A stretch of DNA of 53,747 bases, counting the filler, from Catajapyx aquilonaris (lineage: Eukaryota), in the NCBI GenBank assembly GCA_000934665.2. It is 2 parts of 2 records of this genome, joined end to end, with 100 filler letters (N's around TTAATTAATTAA, not from the genome) between each part and the next. Parts side by side here need not be neighbours in the genome. Positions count along the whole stretch, not along the records: positions 1 to 26,963 come from JYFJ02005169.1; 1 more part is not named here. One strand, given 5' to 3'. The notes beneath the pieces were generated by a model. It saw only the letters and a list, made by a program, of their open reading frames with translations, was not told the DNA's origin and did no database searches. The translations under genes were made by a program, and so were the position numbers. How positions within the stretch are numbered: position 1 is the first letter of the stretch; each line of letters begins with the position of its first letter. This document shows positions 1 to 12,000 of this stretch, piece after piece.

Positions 1-99
1 TATGCGCATTCAACCGGGCAGGCAGCATGTATGGCCCTAGTAAATGGTCACCGACTATTCCCGCCCAGAAATTTACATGGAACTTCTGTTGGTATCCTC

Positions 100-282
100 G
101 ACGTCCAAGAATGCACCTCTGGAACCCTCCCCGCACTGGTTCCATGGAGACAATAGGAGTAAACAGTGTCAACAAAATAACACTGTTTGCTCCTATTGTT
201 GTGTGAGGGCATCTCCATGGAAACTGGAAGAGTAGGGGGGTTCCAAGCAAAGAATGGTTCCAGGGGTGCATTCTTGGACGTC
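100..282. repeat. Nested hairpin immediately upstream of the transposase start
   Basis: GACGTCCAAGAATGCACCTCTGGAACC (100-126) pairs with 256-282. Inner stems are CCATGGAGA/TCTCCATGG and CAATAGGAGTAAACAGTGT/ACACTGTTTGCTCCTATTG. Confidence 0.85.
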
Positions 283-319
283 CTTTGCCCGTCAGTGTCA
301 GGGAATCGTGTGACGGACG

Positions 320-496
320 ATGAACCGCCTTACGTTCCCGGAGCTCGCCGACATGCATCTGGCATATGGGGCTACAGGTGGCAATGCACTTGCGGCCCGG
401 CGCTTGTACGCTGAAAGCCATCCTGGACGCCACGTGCCACACCGCAGAGTTTTCGTAAATGTTGACCGCACACTCCGTGAAACTGGGTCATTCCAA
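320..496 (+). CDS. DD41D transposase exon 1 (N-terminal HTH, DUF4817-like)
   Basis: MNRLTFPELADMHLAYGATGGNALAARRLY...LRETGSFQ resembles the N-terminus of insect DD41D transposases. Phase-0 donor CAA|GTAAGT at 497; Inr-like TCAGT at 292-296. Confidence 0.88.
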
Positions 497-573
497 GTAA
501 GTGTCGATACTGAAGGAAATGTTTTATTCTGTCGTTGACATTTGGGTTTCGATAACGTTGAATCGTTGGTCAG

Positions 574-1467
574 GTGCGCCAGGAGAGGGGGCGGCAGCGT
601 CCAGTCCTTGATGAACTTGAGGACGAGGTGATGGGGCGTGTCCTGGCCAATCCCCGCACGAGCACGCGTCAGGTCGCTGTCGCAGTGGGTTGCAGCCAGA
701 TGTTGGTGGTGAACATCTTCCATGACCACAACCTGCACCCCTGGAAATTGACCAAGGTGCAACATCTTCGCCCTGGCGATCCTCCTCTGCGCCTCCAGTA
801 CTGTCAGTGGCTGAGCGCACGCATTGAAGCGAACCCTACTTTCCTGTCGCTCGTTTGCTGCACGGATGAGAAGGGCTTCTCCAGGGAGGGCATGTTCAAC
901 GCCCACAACAACCTCTATTGGGCGGAGGACAACCCGCATGCCATGCACGTACGGGGATACCAACAGAAGTTCCATGTAAATTTCTGGGCGGGAATAGTCG
1001 GTGACCATTTACTAGGGCCATACATGCTGCCTGCCCGGTTGAATGCGCATAACTACCGCATCTTCCTCCAACAACAGCTGCCGGAGTATCTCTATGATTT
1101 GCCCCTGCAGTTGCGCCGCGACATGTGGTGGCAGCAAGATGGCTGTCCCGCTCACTGGGGGAGGGTTGTCCTGGACCACTTGGACCAAACATTCCACAAT
1201 CGGTGGATAGGGCGTGGAGGGCCTATCGCGTGGCCACCAAGGTCTCCGGATCTCACCCCTCTGGATTTATTCCTGTGGGGTGCCATGGAAGCATTGGTTT
1301 ACCAGACGCCGGTGCCCACCGAAGAGGACTTGATTGCGCGAGTCGTAATGGCCGCAGAGGCCATTAGGCAGCATAAGGGCGTCTTCGAACGAATACGAGC
1401 AGCGTGGAAGGCACGCATTCAAAAATGCATCGAAGTCGATGGGGGGCATTTCGAGCACCTTTTGTAA
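574..1467 (+). CDS. DD41D transposase exon 2 (second HTH and catalytic domain)
   Basis: Phase-0 acceptor GGTCAG| ends a 77-nt intron. Motifs TDE, WQQDGCPAH and WPPRSPDLTPLD are present, with 41 residues between the 2nd and 3rd Asp; C-terminus GGHFEHLL. The spliced product is 356 aa with no stops. Confidence 0.93.
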   Translation: MRQERGRQRPVLDELEDEVMGRVLANPRTSTRQVAVAVGCSQMLVVNIFHDHNLHPWKLTKVQHLRPGDPPLRLQYCQWLSARIEANPTFLSLVCCTDEKGFSREGMFNAHNNLYWAEDNPHAMHVRGYQQKFHVNFWAGIVGDHLLGPYMLPARLNAHNYRIFLQQQLPEYLYDLPLQLRRDMWWQQDGCPAHWGRVVLDHLDQTFHNRWIGRGGPIAWPPRSPDLTPLDLFLWGAMEALVYQTPVPTEEDLIARVVMAAEAIRQHKGVFERIRAAWKARIQKCIEVDGGHFEHLL

Positions 1468-1783
1468 CGCATGGTAATACAATTGTGTCATCCATTAGTT
1501 CCATCTTTCATGACTGTAAAATCTGTGTAACAGAGTTGGCTGACCTTGATCTAATAAAATCCTCCCATCGGCACTTGACACGGTTGCCTACCCACCAGGC
1601 GCAACGATCATTGTTGTTCAGGCCTTTGGCTGCATCCAAATATTGTGCTGGAAACAGCCGTACCACCGTACGGGGGCATTTCCGGACATGGGTTCCTATG
1701 TCAAAAATACTTGTCTTGGTGTACACTACCCACCCTGTCATTTTTGCCCAAGTTACAGTATTCACCCTGTATACATACACATA

Positions 1784-2357
1784 CAGGTGTTTCAGAGTCA
1801 CGGGTCAAGCACACGCGAGGGGGTGGGGAAAAATCGTAGGTGGCGACTACCCGGGTCGGTTTTATAACACAATGAGAAATACGGCAGTAATCAATTTATT
1901 TATCCTACTTTCTGTTCGAACTGAGTGGCGCGGAGTGGCAAATGCAAGGCAAATGCATTGGGTGGAACCTGGTTTACAGGTTTTTAGCCTTGCGGGTTGC
2001 ACTGAAAAGGCGCTCTCATGCTATACTGGTAGGGTACTGTACAAAGTAATGTACTACTGTACAGTAGTGTGTGCAGTACCCTGCCGGTGTAGCATGAGAG
2101 CGCCTTCTTCAGTGCAACCCGCAAGGCGAAAAACCCGCCAACCAGGTTCCACCCAATGCATTTGCCTTGCATTTACCACTCCGCGCCACTCAGTTCGAAC
2201 AGAAAGTAGGATGTGACGTCACGCCGTACGGACGTAATAAATAAATAGATTACTACCATATTTCTAATTGTTTTATAAAACCGACCCGGGTAGTCGCCAC
2301 CTATGATTTTTCCCCACCCCGTCGCGCGTGCTTGACCCGCGACTCTGGAACACCCTG
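1784..2357. mobile_element. Fully palindromic MITE with CAGGGTGTT-type termini
   Basis: TA|CAGGTGTTTCAGAGTC ... GACTCTGGAACACCCTG|TA. The arms pair almost to the centre (about 2045-2060), with a short extra segment at about 2212-2238 in the right arm. Confidence 0.88.
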
Positions 2358-2429
2358 TATATATATTTTGAGATACAATTTTTCCAAATTAACCTTTTCA
2401 TTTATAAATTTTACTGATATTAGGTATTA

Positions 2430-2922
2430 CAGTAAAACTTCCATAAGTTGAATCGCCATGGGACCGGGAAAAACTTCGAGTTATAGAAGATTGAAAGAGA
2501 AGTTTGCAATTTTTTAAGCACATAACTCTATAAGGAAGCCTACCTTTATATCCAGTGACAAAAGGTGTTCAAAACTTAATTGTCACAATCAAGTCAAACA
2601 CTTCTTTCGGTACGTCTGGTAGACTGAGATCAGGAATTGAGCCTTTCTGTGCATGTGGCCTACTCTCAACCCTTAGGCTGGGAAATGAGAAAATTTTCTG
2701 TACTCGGCAACATGAACTTCGACAGGGAGACTGAAAATGCATTGATATCCCATCGTAAGGCCCTGCCTGCACTTCGAGTTATGGAGAACTTTGAGTTATA
2801 GACATTCGAATTAGGGAAGTTTATTTCCTATTATTTTACATTGTGACCAACCAAGCTCATCATTTTATTCTGCTTATAGAGAACTTCGACTTAGGGAAGT
2901 TCGACTTATAGAAGTTTTACTG
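2430..2922. mobile_element. pogo/Tigger-like MITE
   Basis: TA|CAGTAAAACTTC ... GAAGTTTTACTG|TA, with repeated subterminal TTCGAGTTATAG/TTCGACTTATAG motifs. Confidence 0.8.
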
Positions 2923-3489
2923 TATTAGCTACATATCAGTGTGCCTGAAGTATAAAACCAGAGAGACCTGCGACCAGCGAGCTATTGAGCAAAGCAAAGG
3001 AGTTTGTCTTGATCCTTTGCAATTGAGTAGGTCGGAGTAGGCAGTAGGGGTTTTACCTCTCAAAGCAGGCTGAATATGGGATTGGCCACCACTGCACTCT
3101 GCAACAGAACTTCCATATTCTCACAGACTTGTACACTTGTCCATTTTTCACCATAACATTATTTCAGTACTGTACTAGAATCATTCCAAAAATTTTGACA
3201 AGGATCAAAATTATGGAAATCTACCTCAGGTATTGAAGCATGCCAGCCACCCCCAGGTTATACCGGCATGCTGGTCGACCTCGTTTTATACCGGCATGTC
3301 GCTTTATGCGAGGTAATACGGTAGCAGTTGCAGTAATAGTGTTTTTGGCCTTTGACTTGTTTTAGCCCATAAGACTATACTGTGTCCATGACCTACCACT
3401 GCATCAACCTTCAGCATGCATATAAATGGGGCAAATTTCAACACTAATATTTGACCATGCTCTAGACATGCAACAGCTATGTGGCTTAC

Positions 3490-3745
3490 CTATGCATAGG
3501 TATAGGAACATTGTGACGCCTATGCATTTCCTGCATCCTCTGCTGTTGGTGCCAAAGCCGATGGTGCACTGGGTTCATCCGTCCAAAGAGTGGCGCAGAC
3601 ATGTGCATTACCTCTGGGTACGGAGGATCTAGGTATGGGTAAGGTTCCACGGCAGGACAGCTCAGAGGGTATGGGGGCTGTCCGTTTGGGTTCCCATAAG
3701 GTGGTGGTGGTGGTGGTGGTGGAAACGTCACAGAGTGGTGGGGGT
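3490..3745 (-). CDS. RNF111: Arkadia/RNF111-like E3 ligase, coding exon 7 (Pro-rich; RMNPVHHRLWHQQQRMQEMHRR)
   Basis: Acceptor TTTTCCTTTGTAG| is phase 1 and matches the previous exon; donor AG|GTAAGC. The RLW..QQ..QE..RR motif is as I recall it from arthropod Arkadia-like proteins. No RING domain is visible in the window. Confidence 0.75.
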
Positions 3746-4906
3746 CTACAAAGGAAAAACCATAGCGTTATACACATTTTACCTGCTATGAGTGATTGTA
3801 CCGAAAGAAAAGCTTTTCATTGTGCCAACATCACAAGAGACACACATAATGTACAAGCAGCGGATGCTAGTTAACTAGTTACAGAGATCACAAAAATCGA
3901 AGCCTACAGTCATGAGTATCAACACCTCAAACATATAGTGTACATATTCCAATTGTGAGTTGCCATGTACTACCATAAAACATGTACTATCCTGTACCAT
4001 GCACTATCTATATGGAATTTTAAAATGCTTATGTAAACCACAGTAGTAAGACACCTTCAGTGGCACAAGCTACAAGGGCAAATAAATGTACAGGGGAAAG
4101 TGCCCTTACATTCTGTTTGGTGGAAATTTCTGAACACAGCAACGTAGGAAAATGGATTTTAATGCCCTGAATATTTACCTACGAGGTCCCGCAATGAAGG
4201 TCTATAAAAAATTCATAGGACAAATCATAAAATTCAAGAAGTGAAGACATTTGTTTTTTCAATTTCAGAAACTACATTTTAAGAGTAAGAAAACGTTTAA
4301 AAACCATTGCTAAATTTGCGAATGTTTCATCAATGCTTTACATATAACAATACAATGGAAATTGCTTTTATCTGCATGAGAAAAATAAAAAGTTACTACC
4401 TATTTGCAAAAAAAAAAGAAGTTATGCAGTTGATCAAGTCGTTGATACATACAATCATGTACATGAACATTTTTACCATAAGTAGTACAGATGCGCATAT
4501 GTTTTCTACAACTTCTTTCTTGATTTTTCGCAGAAATGTTCTTCAGTAGAACTTCCCAGATGAGCATGAGCAAAGGTATCCAAAATTAGGGACCAGACAA
4601 CTCTCTACTACTTCAGGGTTAGGTAGTTGAATAAACACAGTTGAAAGCAGCAACCATGTGGTAGCCATTTTCCTGTTTTGAGAATAGTCCCTGCTTAACC
4701 TGTTGAGGGCGACGAGCATCATATGCGGGAGGATCTGTGGATTTTTTAATTTGGCGCGCTAAAATGTGCACAGAGAATTCGAACTTTACAGGTCCAAATG
4801 AGGTTCACTATACTAATGCGATCTCTTGGATGGTGACTAAACAACCATGGCAACCTCAGAATGACCCGCGTTCCTGCCAGCCTGCGTCGAATATTCCAGG
4901 GTCAAG

Positions 4907-5193
4907 ACCGAAGCAGTTTGGAGTAGGGGATATGGTGTCCGACTACTAATCGGGAGGTCCTGGGATCAAATCCCGGGGCTGGCAACTCTGAACGTGGTTT
5001 TCTGTGGTTTCCCACGGTCCGTCCAGGAAAATTCCGGAGTTGCTTCCGTAATTAATAGGCCACAGCCACTTCCTTCCGTCCCTATCCTATCCCAAAAAGG
5101 GCAGTAAAATGAAGCAGAGAGTTCCAGGCAAAACAAAAACTTCCCCCCTAAGAGCCGATAGGCTGATAACGGGGTATGAATTATTATTTATTT
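4907..5193 (+). mobile_element. tRNA-derived SINE (family A), full length
   Basis: tRNA-like head with B-box-like GGATCAAATCCC and an (ATT)-rich tail. 16-bp TSD ATATTCCAGGGTCAAG at 4891-4906 and 5194-5209. A second copy lies at 20911-22285. Confidence 0.88.
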
Positions 5194-5251
5194 ATATTCC
5201 AGGGTCAAGCGGCTGCCATGTCATCTTTCATGTAAACAAACGCCCTGCGTA

Positions 5252-5417
5252 CAGGGTGTGCCATAAAGTCTGAACCCTTGGGAGTCTCTCATAGTACAGT
5301 GTTGTGGTAATATTATGTAACCATAATAACAGTGTATAGTGACTATGTAAACTTGTTCAGCCCATCGACATTCTGAGAGCCAGACGAATCTTAAAAAATT
5401 ATTTATGGAACACCCTG
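5252..5417. mobile_element. Short MITE with CAGGGTGT termini
   Basis: TA|CAGGGTGTGCCATAAA ... TTTATGGAACACCCTG|TA. An inverted copy of its right ~60 bp lies at about 5638-5698. Confidence 0.75.
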
Positions 5418-7364
5418 TAGATGAATTTTTTCCAGCATTTTATATTTAAAAGAACCACCATGAATAAAAATGATTAATTTTGGCTCGACGTTGTTATTCA
5501 TTAATATCACTCCTACATCAAATTTTGGACAAAAAGAAGAAAGAAGGCCACAAAAACAACAAGAAACTTAGTCCTCAACAGGTTAACACCGTCATCAGCT
5601 TAATTTTCAGGACAAAGCGTTACAACTGCCCTATTAGAGGGTGTTCCATAAATAATTTTTTAAGATTCGTCTGGCTCTCAGAATGTCGATGGGCTGAATT
5701 GTTATGATCTGAAAAACTCAAGCAGGCCTGCCTCAGACAAGCCAAACACACAACATCCCTCCTGCCACCTATTTTCCTGGCTCCTTACTGCAAAGCAGCT
5801 CAGTTATTAACGTTGCATCATGGTGTGACGGTGTAGTTTTCCCGCCCTGGAAAACAACACTGTCACAATGGGAGTGTGCTATCCCACTAATGCATTACTT
5901 TTCCTTTATTTCCTTAATATTTCCTTAATGCTCTGGCAGCATCTGTTATAACTGGCTAACTAGTGATAAGACAATAATCACCAAAACAGAAAATCTTTAT
6001 CACATTCTCACAATGGCTGCTGCAACTTGTGGTAGGAACTGCTCCACTGATAACAAGAAAGTGAAACTGCTGCAAAGGACACCTTTTACCACTGACCTCA
6101 ACACTTATAATGTTGCCAAACCTCAAAAGTCACTCACCTCCCCAAACCACATCTTTCCCAGCAAAACTTTGTGGTCGGCAAAATCCAGAAGAACCAACAT
6201 GCATTATCTTACCTCTTGGGATTTTCAACTGATAAATTGGAAGGCTAAATTTTGCATAGGTATCACATCAAGTTGGGCAAACTATAAGGGTGAGTCAGAA
6301 CTCCAGGTCCTCCACTGCCAGTGTACACATTGTCCCAATACATGTCTAAAATGAAGAAGTGAGGACTGTCACTACACTGTACTCCTGATTATCAGCACCA
6401 ATTACTGCACGGATGCACAAAAAACATGGCTAATCCGAAAATGGTCCTAGACACTGTAAAAATGAATTATTCAGAGGTTTTTAATGAAAAAATCTACCGT
6501 ACATACTCGTATGCTGGTTTAACCAAAATAAGAAAACATACAATCGATTTTTAGTTTGACTTCTGGAAGAAGTACGTTATATTTCTTTGTTTGTTCACGG
6601 ACAATCATGAGTGCAGTGCACATTAACAGTCAACAACATGGATGCCAAGAAATTGCTGCCAACCTCCTTGCAGCCCACCCTTAACAGTATCCACAAATAG
6701 CCCCCCACCCCAGGCCCAAGCTTAGCCCAAGTCATGGGTTTTGGTAGTCGTCATCTACATTTTCCCTGGTTGGCTTCCGATATCTCACCCCAACATTTCA
6801 CTTGTTTAGGGCTAATCTAAACACTGGCATGACTCATCATGTACATTTTAAAGCACACTACAACTGTTCATGCTATAGTCACACAACACTGGACTATTTC
6901 AAGAAGTGAATCCATTACAGAATAGCTAAAACAAAGTCGGTGGAATGATGGAAATGCCCAAAATGTCACTTCCAGATGTGTTCAATAGTGATTTCAAATA
7001 CAGCCCATCCATTGGACAGGCAGGGAATGGGAGATGGGGAATCAACCACAAAGTTTTGTCCGGAAATTTCTACATAGGCAGCAGATTACAAGCCCATTTG
7101 CACATAAGCTATGCTGGTGAGAAAATAGGCTCGATGTTACTGTAATTGGAGGCATACATGGGTGATAGATTTTGGGGGAAACATAGCTTAACCCTGGGTC
7201 TAGCAACACTTGCCATACTGACATGGAGCCAATGGGAGGGTTAGAATGCCAATTTCTGTACCCCAGCCTCCTCTTTAGGACCCCACTACACTATGGCTAC
7301 CTCACATCCCACCCTGCCTTTCCCTGAGCATTCTGCACCTTCCATTTTGTTGAATTCCATCTAA

Positions 7365-7601
7365 AGGCCTCTACACAAATTCGGCGGAAGGCTGAGTGGG
7401 CGGAATACGTGCGATTGGGGCGCGGAATGTGAGTGATGGCAATTCACAAATTCAAGCGGTGGCGCTGTGGGCGGAAACTGGTGCAGTGGGAATTGCTCAA
7501 GTCCACCTGGATGGACTTCTGCAATTGCCACCCCTCAGTTCTGTGCCCCAAACGCACTCTTGCCGCCCGCTCAGCCTTCCGCCGAATTTGTGTAGCGGCC
7601 T
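7365..7601. mobile_element. PIF/Harbinger-like (Tourist-type) MITE
   Basis: TAA|AGGCCTCTACACAAATTCGGCGGAAGGCTGAG ... CTCAGCCTTCCGCCGAATTTGTGTAGCGGCCT|TAA, giving a 3-bp TAA TSD. Confidence 0.82.
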
Positions 7602-8260
7602 TAAGGATACATCTTACACCCTAAGAAAAGTACCCAACAAGGCAAACTAGGTGAGTGCAGTGAGCATAGGATGTGTGAATGGGCCTTTACACTGCAGCCA
7701 ACAGATTTCTTTTCCATAATAAATCTTTGACATGCCCCTTAGATAACACACACATTCAATATAAAAGTACTCATCCAGTACTGCCCATTCTGCCTTATAA
7801 TTCAGCTCCCACCTACCATCTCTGAATGCCTCCCTATGGAAACCCAAAAGTATTAACTTGGGATGATAACAGGCTCCCAGACATGGAGTTGTCACATCAT
7901 GCACTTGACACAAGGTACCTTGGAAATGATCATAGGCAAAGACATGACAACTCTGCGTCTTTGCATGCCTCTTGACTCTTGTCCCCCTAAGTAATCACAT
8001 TCAGGTTTTGCCAATTTTGGTCAGGGCTGAATTTTAGCTAAGGCAGTGGGTGGGAGCTGACTTGTACATCAGAATGTACAATAAATATAATTCAATATTA
8101 CAACTTTTATAACCAATAAGTGCAACCAGGTTTTACCAAAGTTCAATGGTTAAATTGATAAAAGCATGCACATGACAATTGCAAACAAAAGCTACCATGA
8201 TTATAGTGCAATTACTGTGCAAGCCTGACACCAAAACACTGAAAGCAAAATTGCACTGAC

Positions 8261-8377
8261 CAGAATACAACTGGTGGAGGGGACACCCGCCTGATGAGTG
8301 CGCATGATGATGCACATGCCCAAACGTGTGTGTATGGACACAGTTTGCAAATACTGGGCAAGAACATTCGGGGCCAC
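8261..8377 (-). CDS. RNF111: Arkadia/RNF111-like coding exon 6 (His/Cys-rich: HTHTFGHVHHHAH)
   Basis: Acceptor TGTGTTTGTAG|, donor G|GTCAGT; 117 nt, phase 1 to 1, open frame. Confidence 0.7.
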
Positions 8378-10338
8378 CTACAAACACAAGAGAGTTGTAC
8401 ATTTTACCTTGTCATCAGACAAAGTGATCAGAAAGCAGTGCCTCCTGGCATTAAGTTAACAAGGATGTGAGTGATTCCACCTCAGTTCAGTCAATAATTT
8501 AAATTGTGATGGATCAACTATTCTAGATTTTGTTATTTAAAATCATGCAAGTAAACACACACACACAAAGTTTTCGGCCAACACAATTGAAGCCTGCCCA
8601 TGAGAAAATCCCAAGGAGATACGGCCATTCTCCTTTGCCTGGTCACACAATACTAGTGCCTGGCAGAAAATTTCTTGTTAGCAAAGTTATAGTTATAACA
8701 TCATGTTCATATATCACAGGAACCAGAATTGATCTCATCTTCATTTCATTTCACCCACTCCTACATTAAAGTGGTATTCCTGTGCTCTAGTTTACCCACA
8801 CAAAGCGAGCCAGGCAGGAGAACAGAAGACACTCCTCACATGCACCTTGCAGTCAGTCAGGGCCAATGTGACTTGCAAATCTTACCAATGTACGTGGATT
8901 TCCACCTACACCAAGGTCAGTTCAATGGCACAACAAATGAATAGGCATTAAATAACAATATTAAGACCAGCAATATCACTGACCTCTCTCTCTTCAACTA
9001 TACATGCCATAAATCTGGAATTATGGAGACAAGATATTCTACAATACTGAGAATCTGGATGACAATAGTTTTGCAGACATTAAGATTTTTGATGCACAGA
9101 TGCTTGATAGAGTAATAGTAAGAATTGCACAACTTGTCTGTGAAGCTGAGACCTACGGATCACAATGTTATATCTGCAATACTTGCCCAACCCCAATGAA
9201 GTTCGCCTAGCACGAAAATCACCTGCATGTCGATGTTACAAATATGAATTACTTGAGAATGAATCATGTTTTAATCGCACAACGTATATGCTAATGAGCC
9301 TCATGGAAGAGCAATGTTGGGGCAAGATATCAATCCATGTGACAGTGGAACAAGATGAATAGGACGGTATTTATTTAGTGCGCTGGGGGCAATGGAGTTC
9401 GCCCAGAGCGCTAAACGCGCCACAAAGTTCGCCCACTGTTAAATACAGACTGATGTCGTTGTGCCAGATGGGGAAAAAAGTGCAGGTCTCTTTCCTTGCA
9501 CCACAATGCCATTACTCATTGCACTCGGTGTCTGAAAATAACAATCACGGGAGGTGGTAAGCCCATTCCTCCAGAGGTATGCAAGAGCTCTGAAGAAGGG
9601 AAGCCTGCGTATGTGGTTGCACAAGAAGGGCATGTGCCATGCTCAATGGTAAGGGGCATCTCATGAAGTAACAAAACTACAAGAACCATCCAGAAAAACC
9701 TTATTACGGACGTCACCAGGCAACAGCAGAAAGGAAAAACCGAGAGATGAGAAAAATGTGTCGCAAAATCAGCAAAAGCAGCAGCAACCATCAATTTCAA
9801 AATGGTCAGAGGTGACCCAAAAGGTGGTGCCCACAACAACCTGTCGACTCTGCATCCGTGACATGAAGATGAACTTTTATGCGCAACTTCTCAAAGACTA
9901 ACGGGGAATTCATGAAATCAGGACCTGCCCTCTTGACAATAGGCCAAGAAGAAACCACCCTTTAAGGCACTGGAACAGGAAAAAGACTTGCTTGGGAGAA
10001 GGGATGGAAGCATTGGGCACATCAGATGTGGAATTAGTCATGTTTCACGATGAATTAGTCAGTACAGGGACATCCATAATCAAGTACTGCAAACAAAGGA
10101 AGAGGCATACCATCCCAATGTCTCACTAGAACCGTCAAACATGGACACAGCATTATGGTGTGGGGATGCATGGGTAGTGTCGGCCTTGGCAACTTTCACG
10201 GCATCAATGGCATCAATACAGCCATGTTTCAGGAGATTTTGAGAGACCATCCGCTGTGTGTGCCCTCAATAGCAACCTTACATCCGAATGTCAACGTAAT
10301 ATTTCAACAGGACTTTGCATCTTCACATAATAGCGGAA

Positions 10339-12000
10339 GGGTCATTCCATGTGAAATGGGCCAGGGGTGGTTGCTCGACCATCTAGTTAATTTTTAATAT
10401 TTTCACCATGGGTGGCCTTGATATTGATTTGCTCAAAACCATTTTTGTTATTTTTTTATCTGCCACCATATGGGATTTATACTCATTTTTCTTCACCGCG
10501 GCAACCCAAACCGAGCATTTGTAAGGGTTCTGAAAAAAGGCTACTATTTGGTGTCTATTCAAGATAGGTTGTTCTGGTTTTCACTTCCTGAAAGTAGAGA
10601 TCTTGCCCTTTCAGAATATGTAACATCAGTCCAAAAAGAACTGTCCCAGTCATCCTGATGTGTGTGCTGCCCGCTCGACACACACCATGTAACTTACATG
10701 GTGTGTGTCGAGCGGCCAGCTCACACGTCAGGATGACTGGGACAGTTCTTTTTGGACTGTTGATACATACATGTAGGATAAAACCTTGGTAACTGGGACT
10801 GGAATGGGCTTCAATATTTTTATTTTATTTTTTATTTTATTACCCCGTAACAGGGCGGGGCCCTTTTGGGGGAATAATGGGCTTCAATATAGCTATCGAA
10901 ATGAGAATTTTTTCCAATTTCAAAGGCCTGTAAAATCAAAAGGGCTTGAAATCCCAGGGTGGAATATTCTTTTTCAAGGACTCTGACTGGGAGGGTATCC
11001 AGCCATGGTGAAATAAATCCGGGTTTGCAAGCCCTTCTGGACGATTTTGCGGTCCAAAATTAGAAAAAGTTCGAAATTTGCGTATTTCAAGGTCAAATAT
11101 CTCATAAGGGGGGCCTGGCAAAAATTTGAAATTTTGGCCTTGGATACTCCTGCTAGTGCTTAGTTAAAAACTGTGAAAAAAAAAACCTTGGGCTTTACAC
11201 TTTTATGTCCCGCGGTGAAACTCATGAGGCTCAACATACATAAGGGCGAAAGTCGCGTGCAGGCTTCCCGCCAGCCCGGCGGGGATGTGTGCAGGACGTG
11301 CACGCAACTTGCGCCCTTATGTATGTTGAGCCTCATGAGTTTCACCGCGGGACATAAAAGTGTAAAGCCCAAGGTTTTTTTTCACAGTTTTTAACTAAGC
11401 ACTAGCAGGAGTATCCAAGGCCAAAATTTCAAATTTTTGCCAGGCTCCCCTTTTGAGATATTTGACCTTTGAAATCAGCAAATTGCGAACTTTTTCTAAT
11501 TTTGGACAGAAAAACCGCCCAGGAGGGGTTGCAAACACAGATTTATTTCACCATGGCTGGATACCCTCCCAGTCAGAGTCCTTGAAAAAAAATATTCCAC
11601 CCTGGGATTTCAAGCACTTTTGTTTTTACAGGCCTTTGAAATTGGAAAAGATTCTCATTTTGATAGCTATATTGAAGCTCATTCAAGTCCCAGTTACCAA
11701 GGTTTTATCCTACATGTATGTACATATTCTGAAAGGGCAAGATCTCTACTTTCAGGAAGTGAAAACCAGAACATCCTATCTTGAATAGACACCAAATAGT
11801 AGCCTCTTTTCAGAACCCTTACAAATGCTCGGTTTTGCTCGAAAAATGAGTATAAATCCCACATGGTGGCAGATAAAAAAATAACAAAAATTGTTTTGAG
11901 CAAGTGTATCAAGGCCACCCATGGTGAAAATATTAAAAATTAACTAGATGGTCGAGCAACCATCAAATATAAAATTGGTTGATTTCACATGGAATGACCC
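10339..12000. mobile_element. 1.66 kb palindromic non-autonomous DNA transposon, Sola2-like
   Basis: GGAA|GGGTCATTCCATGTGAAAT ... ATTTCACATGGAATGACCC|GGAA gives a 4-bp TSD and GRG/CYC termini. The arms pair up to a short central loop near 11260-11295. Confidence 0.8.
10623..10763. mobile_element. Small palindromic MITE inserted into the left arm of the Sola2-like element
   Basis: CAGTCCAAAAAGAACTGTCCCAGTCATCCTGA and its reverse complement, flanked by TA. It is absent from the corresponding position of the right arm (about 11711-11730). Confidence 0.82.

Larger units (their letters stand above)
1..1769 (+). mobile_element. DD41D (rosa/Visitor-type) Tc1/mariner transposon, left end outside window, probably with very long TIRs
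   Basis: The right terminus CACCCTG is followed by TA (1770-1771), and there is a subterminal CACCCTGT repeat near 1731. It encloses an intact transposase. Bases 1-97 are the exact reverse complement of 955-1051. Confidence 0.8.

Noticed and set aside
298..1008. 236-aa antisense ORF, and the 63-aa ORF at 44-235 with an identical N-terminus
   Set aside because: Shadow of the GC-rich transposase frame; the shared N-terminus simply reflects the inverted duplication.
1404..2216. 270-aa ORF
   Set aside because: It runs across the transposon end and a palindromic MITE, and has no recognisable protein features.
3057..3098. Possible 42-nt phase 2-to-2 exon (RVQWWPIPYSACFER) following exon 7
   Set aside because: Splice signals are plausible, but the pyrimidine tract is weak and the peptide is unrecognisable; support is insufficient.
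4907..4985. tRNA-like sequences here and at about 22210-22285 and 23810-23890
   Set aside because: They are SINE heads with bodies, tails and TSDs, not tRNA genes.
11160..11394. Mirror-image ORFs on both strands
   Set aside because: Consequence of the palindrome; no coding signature.
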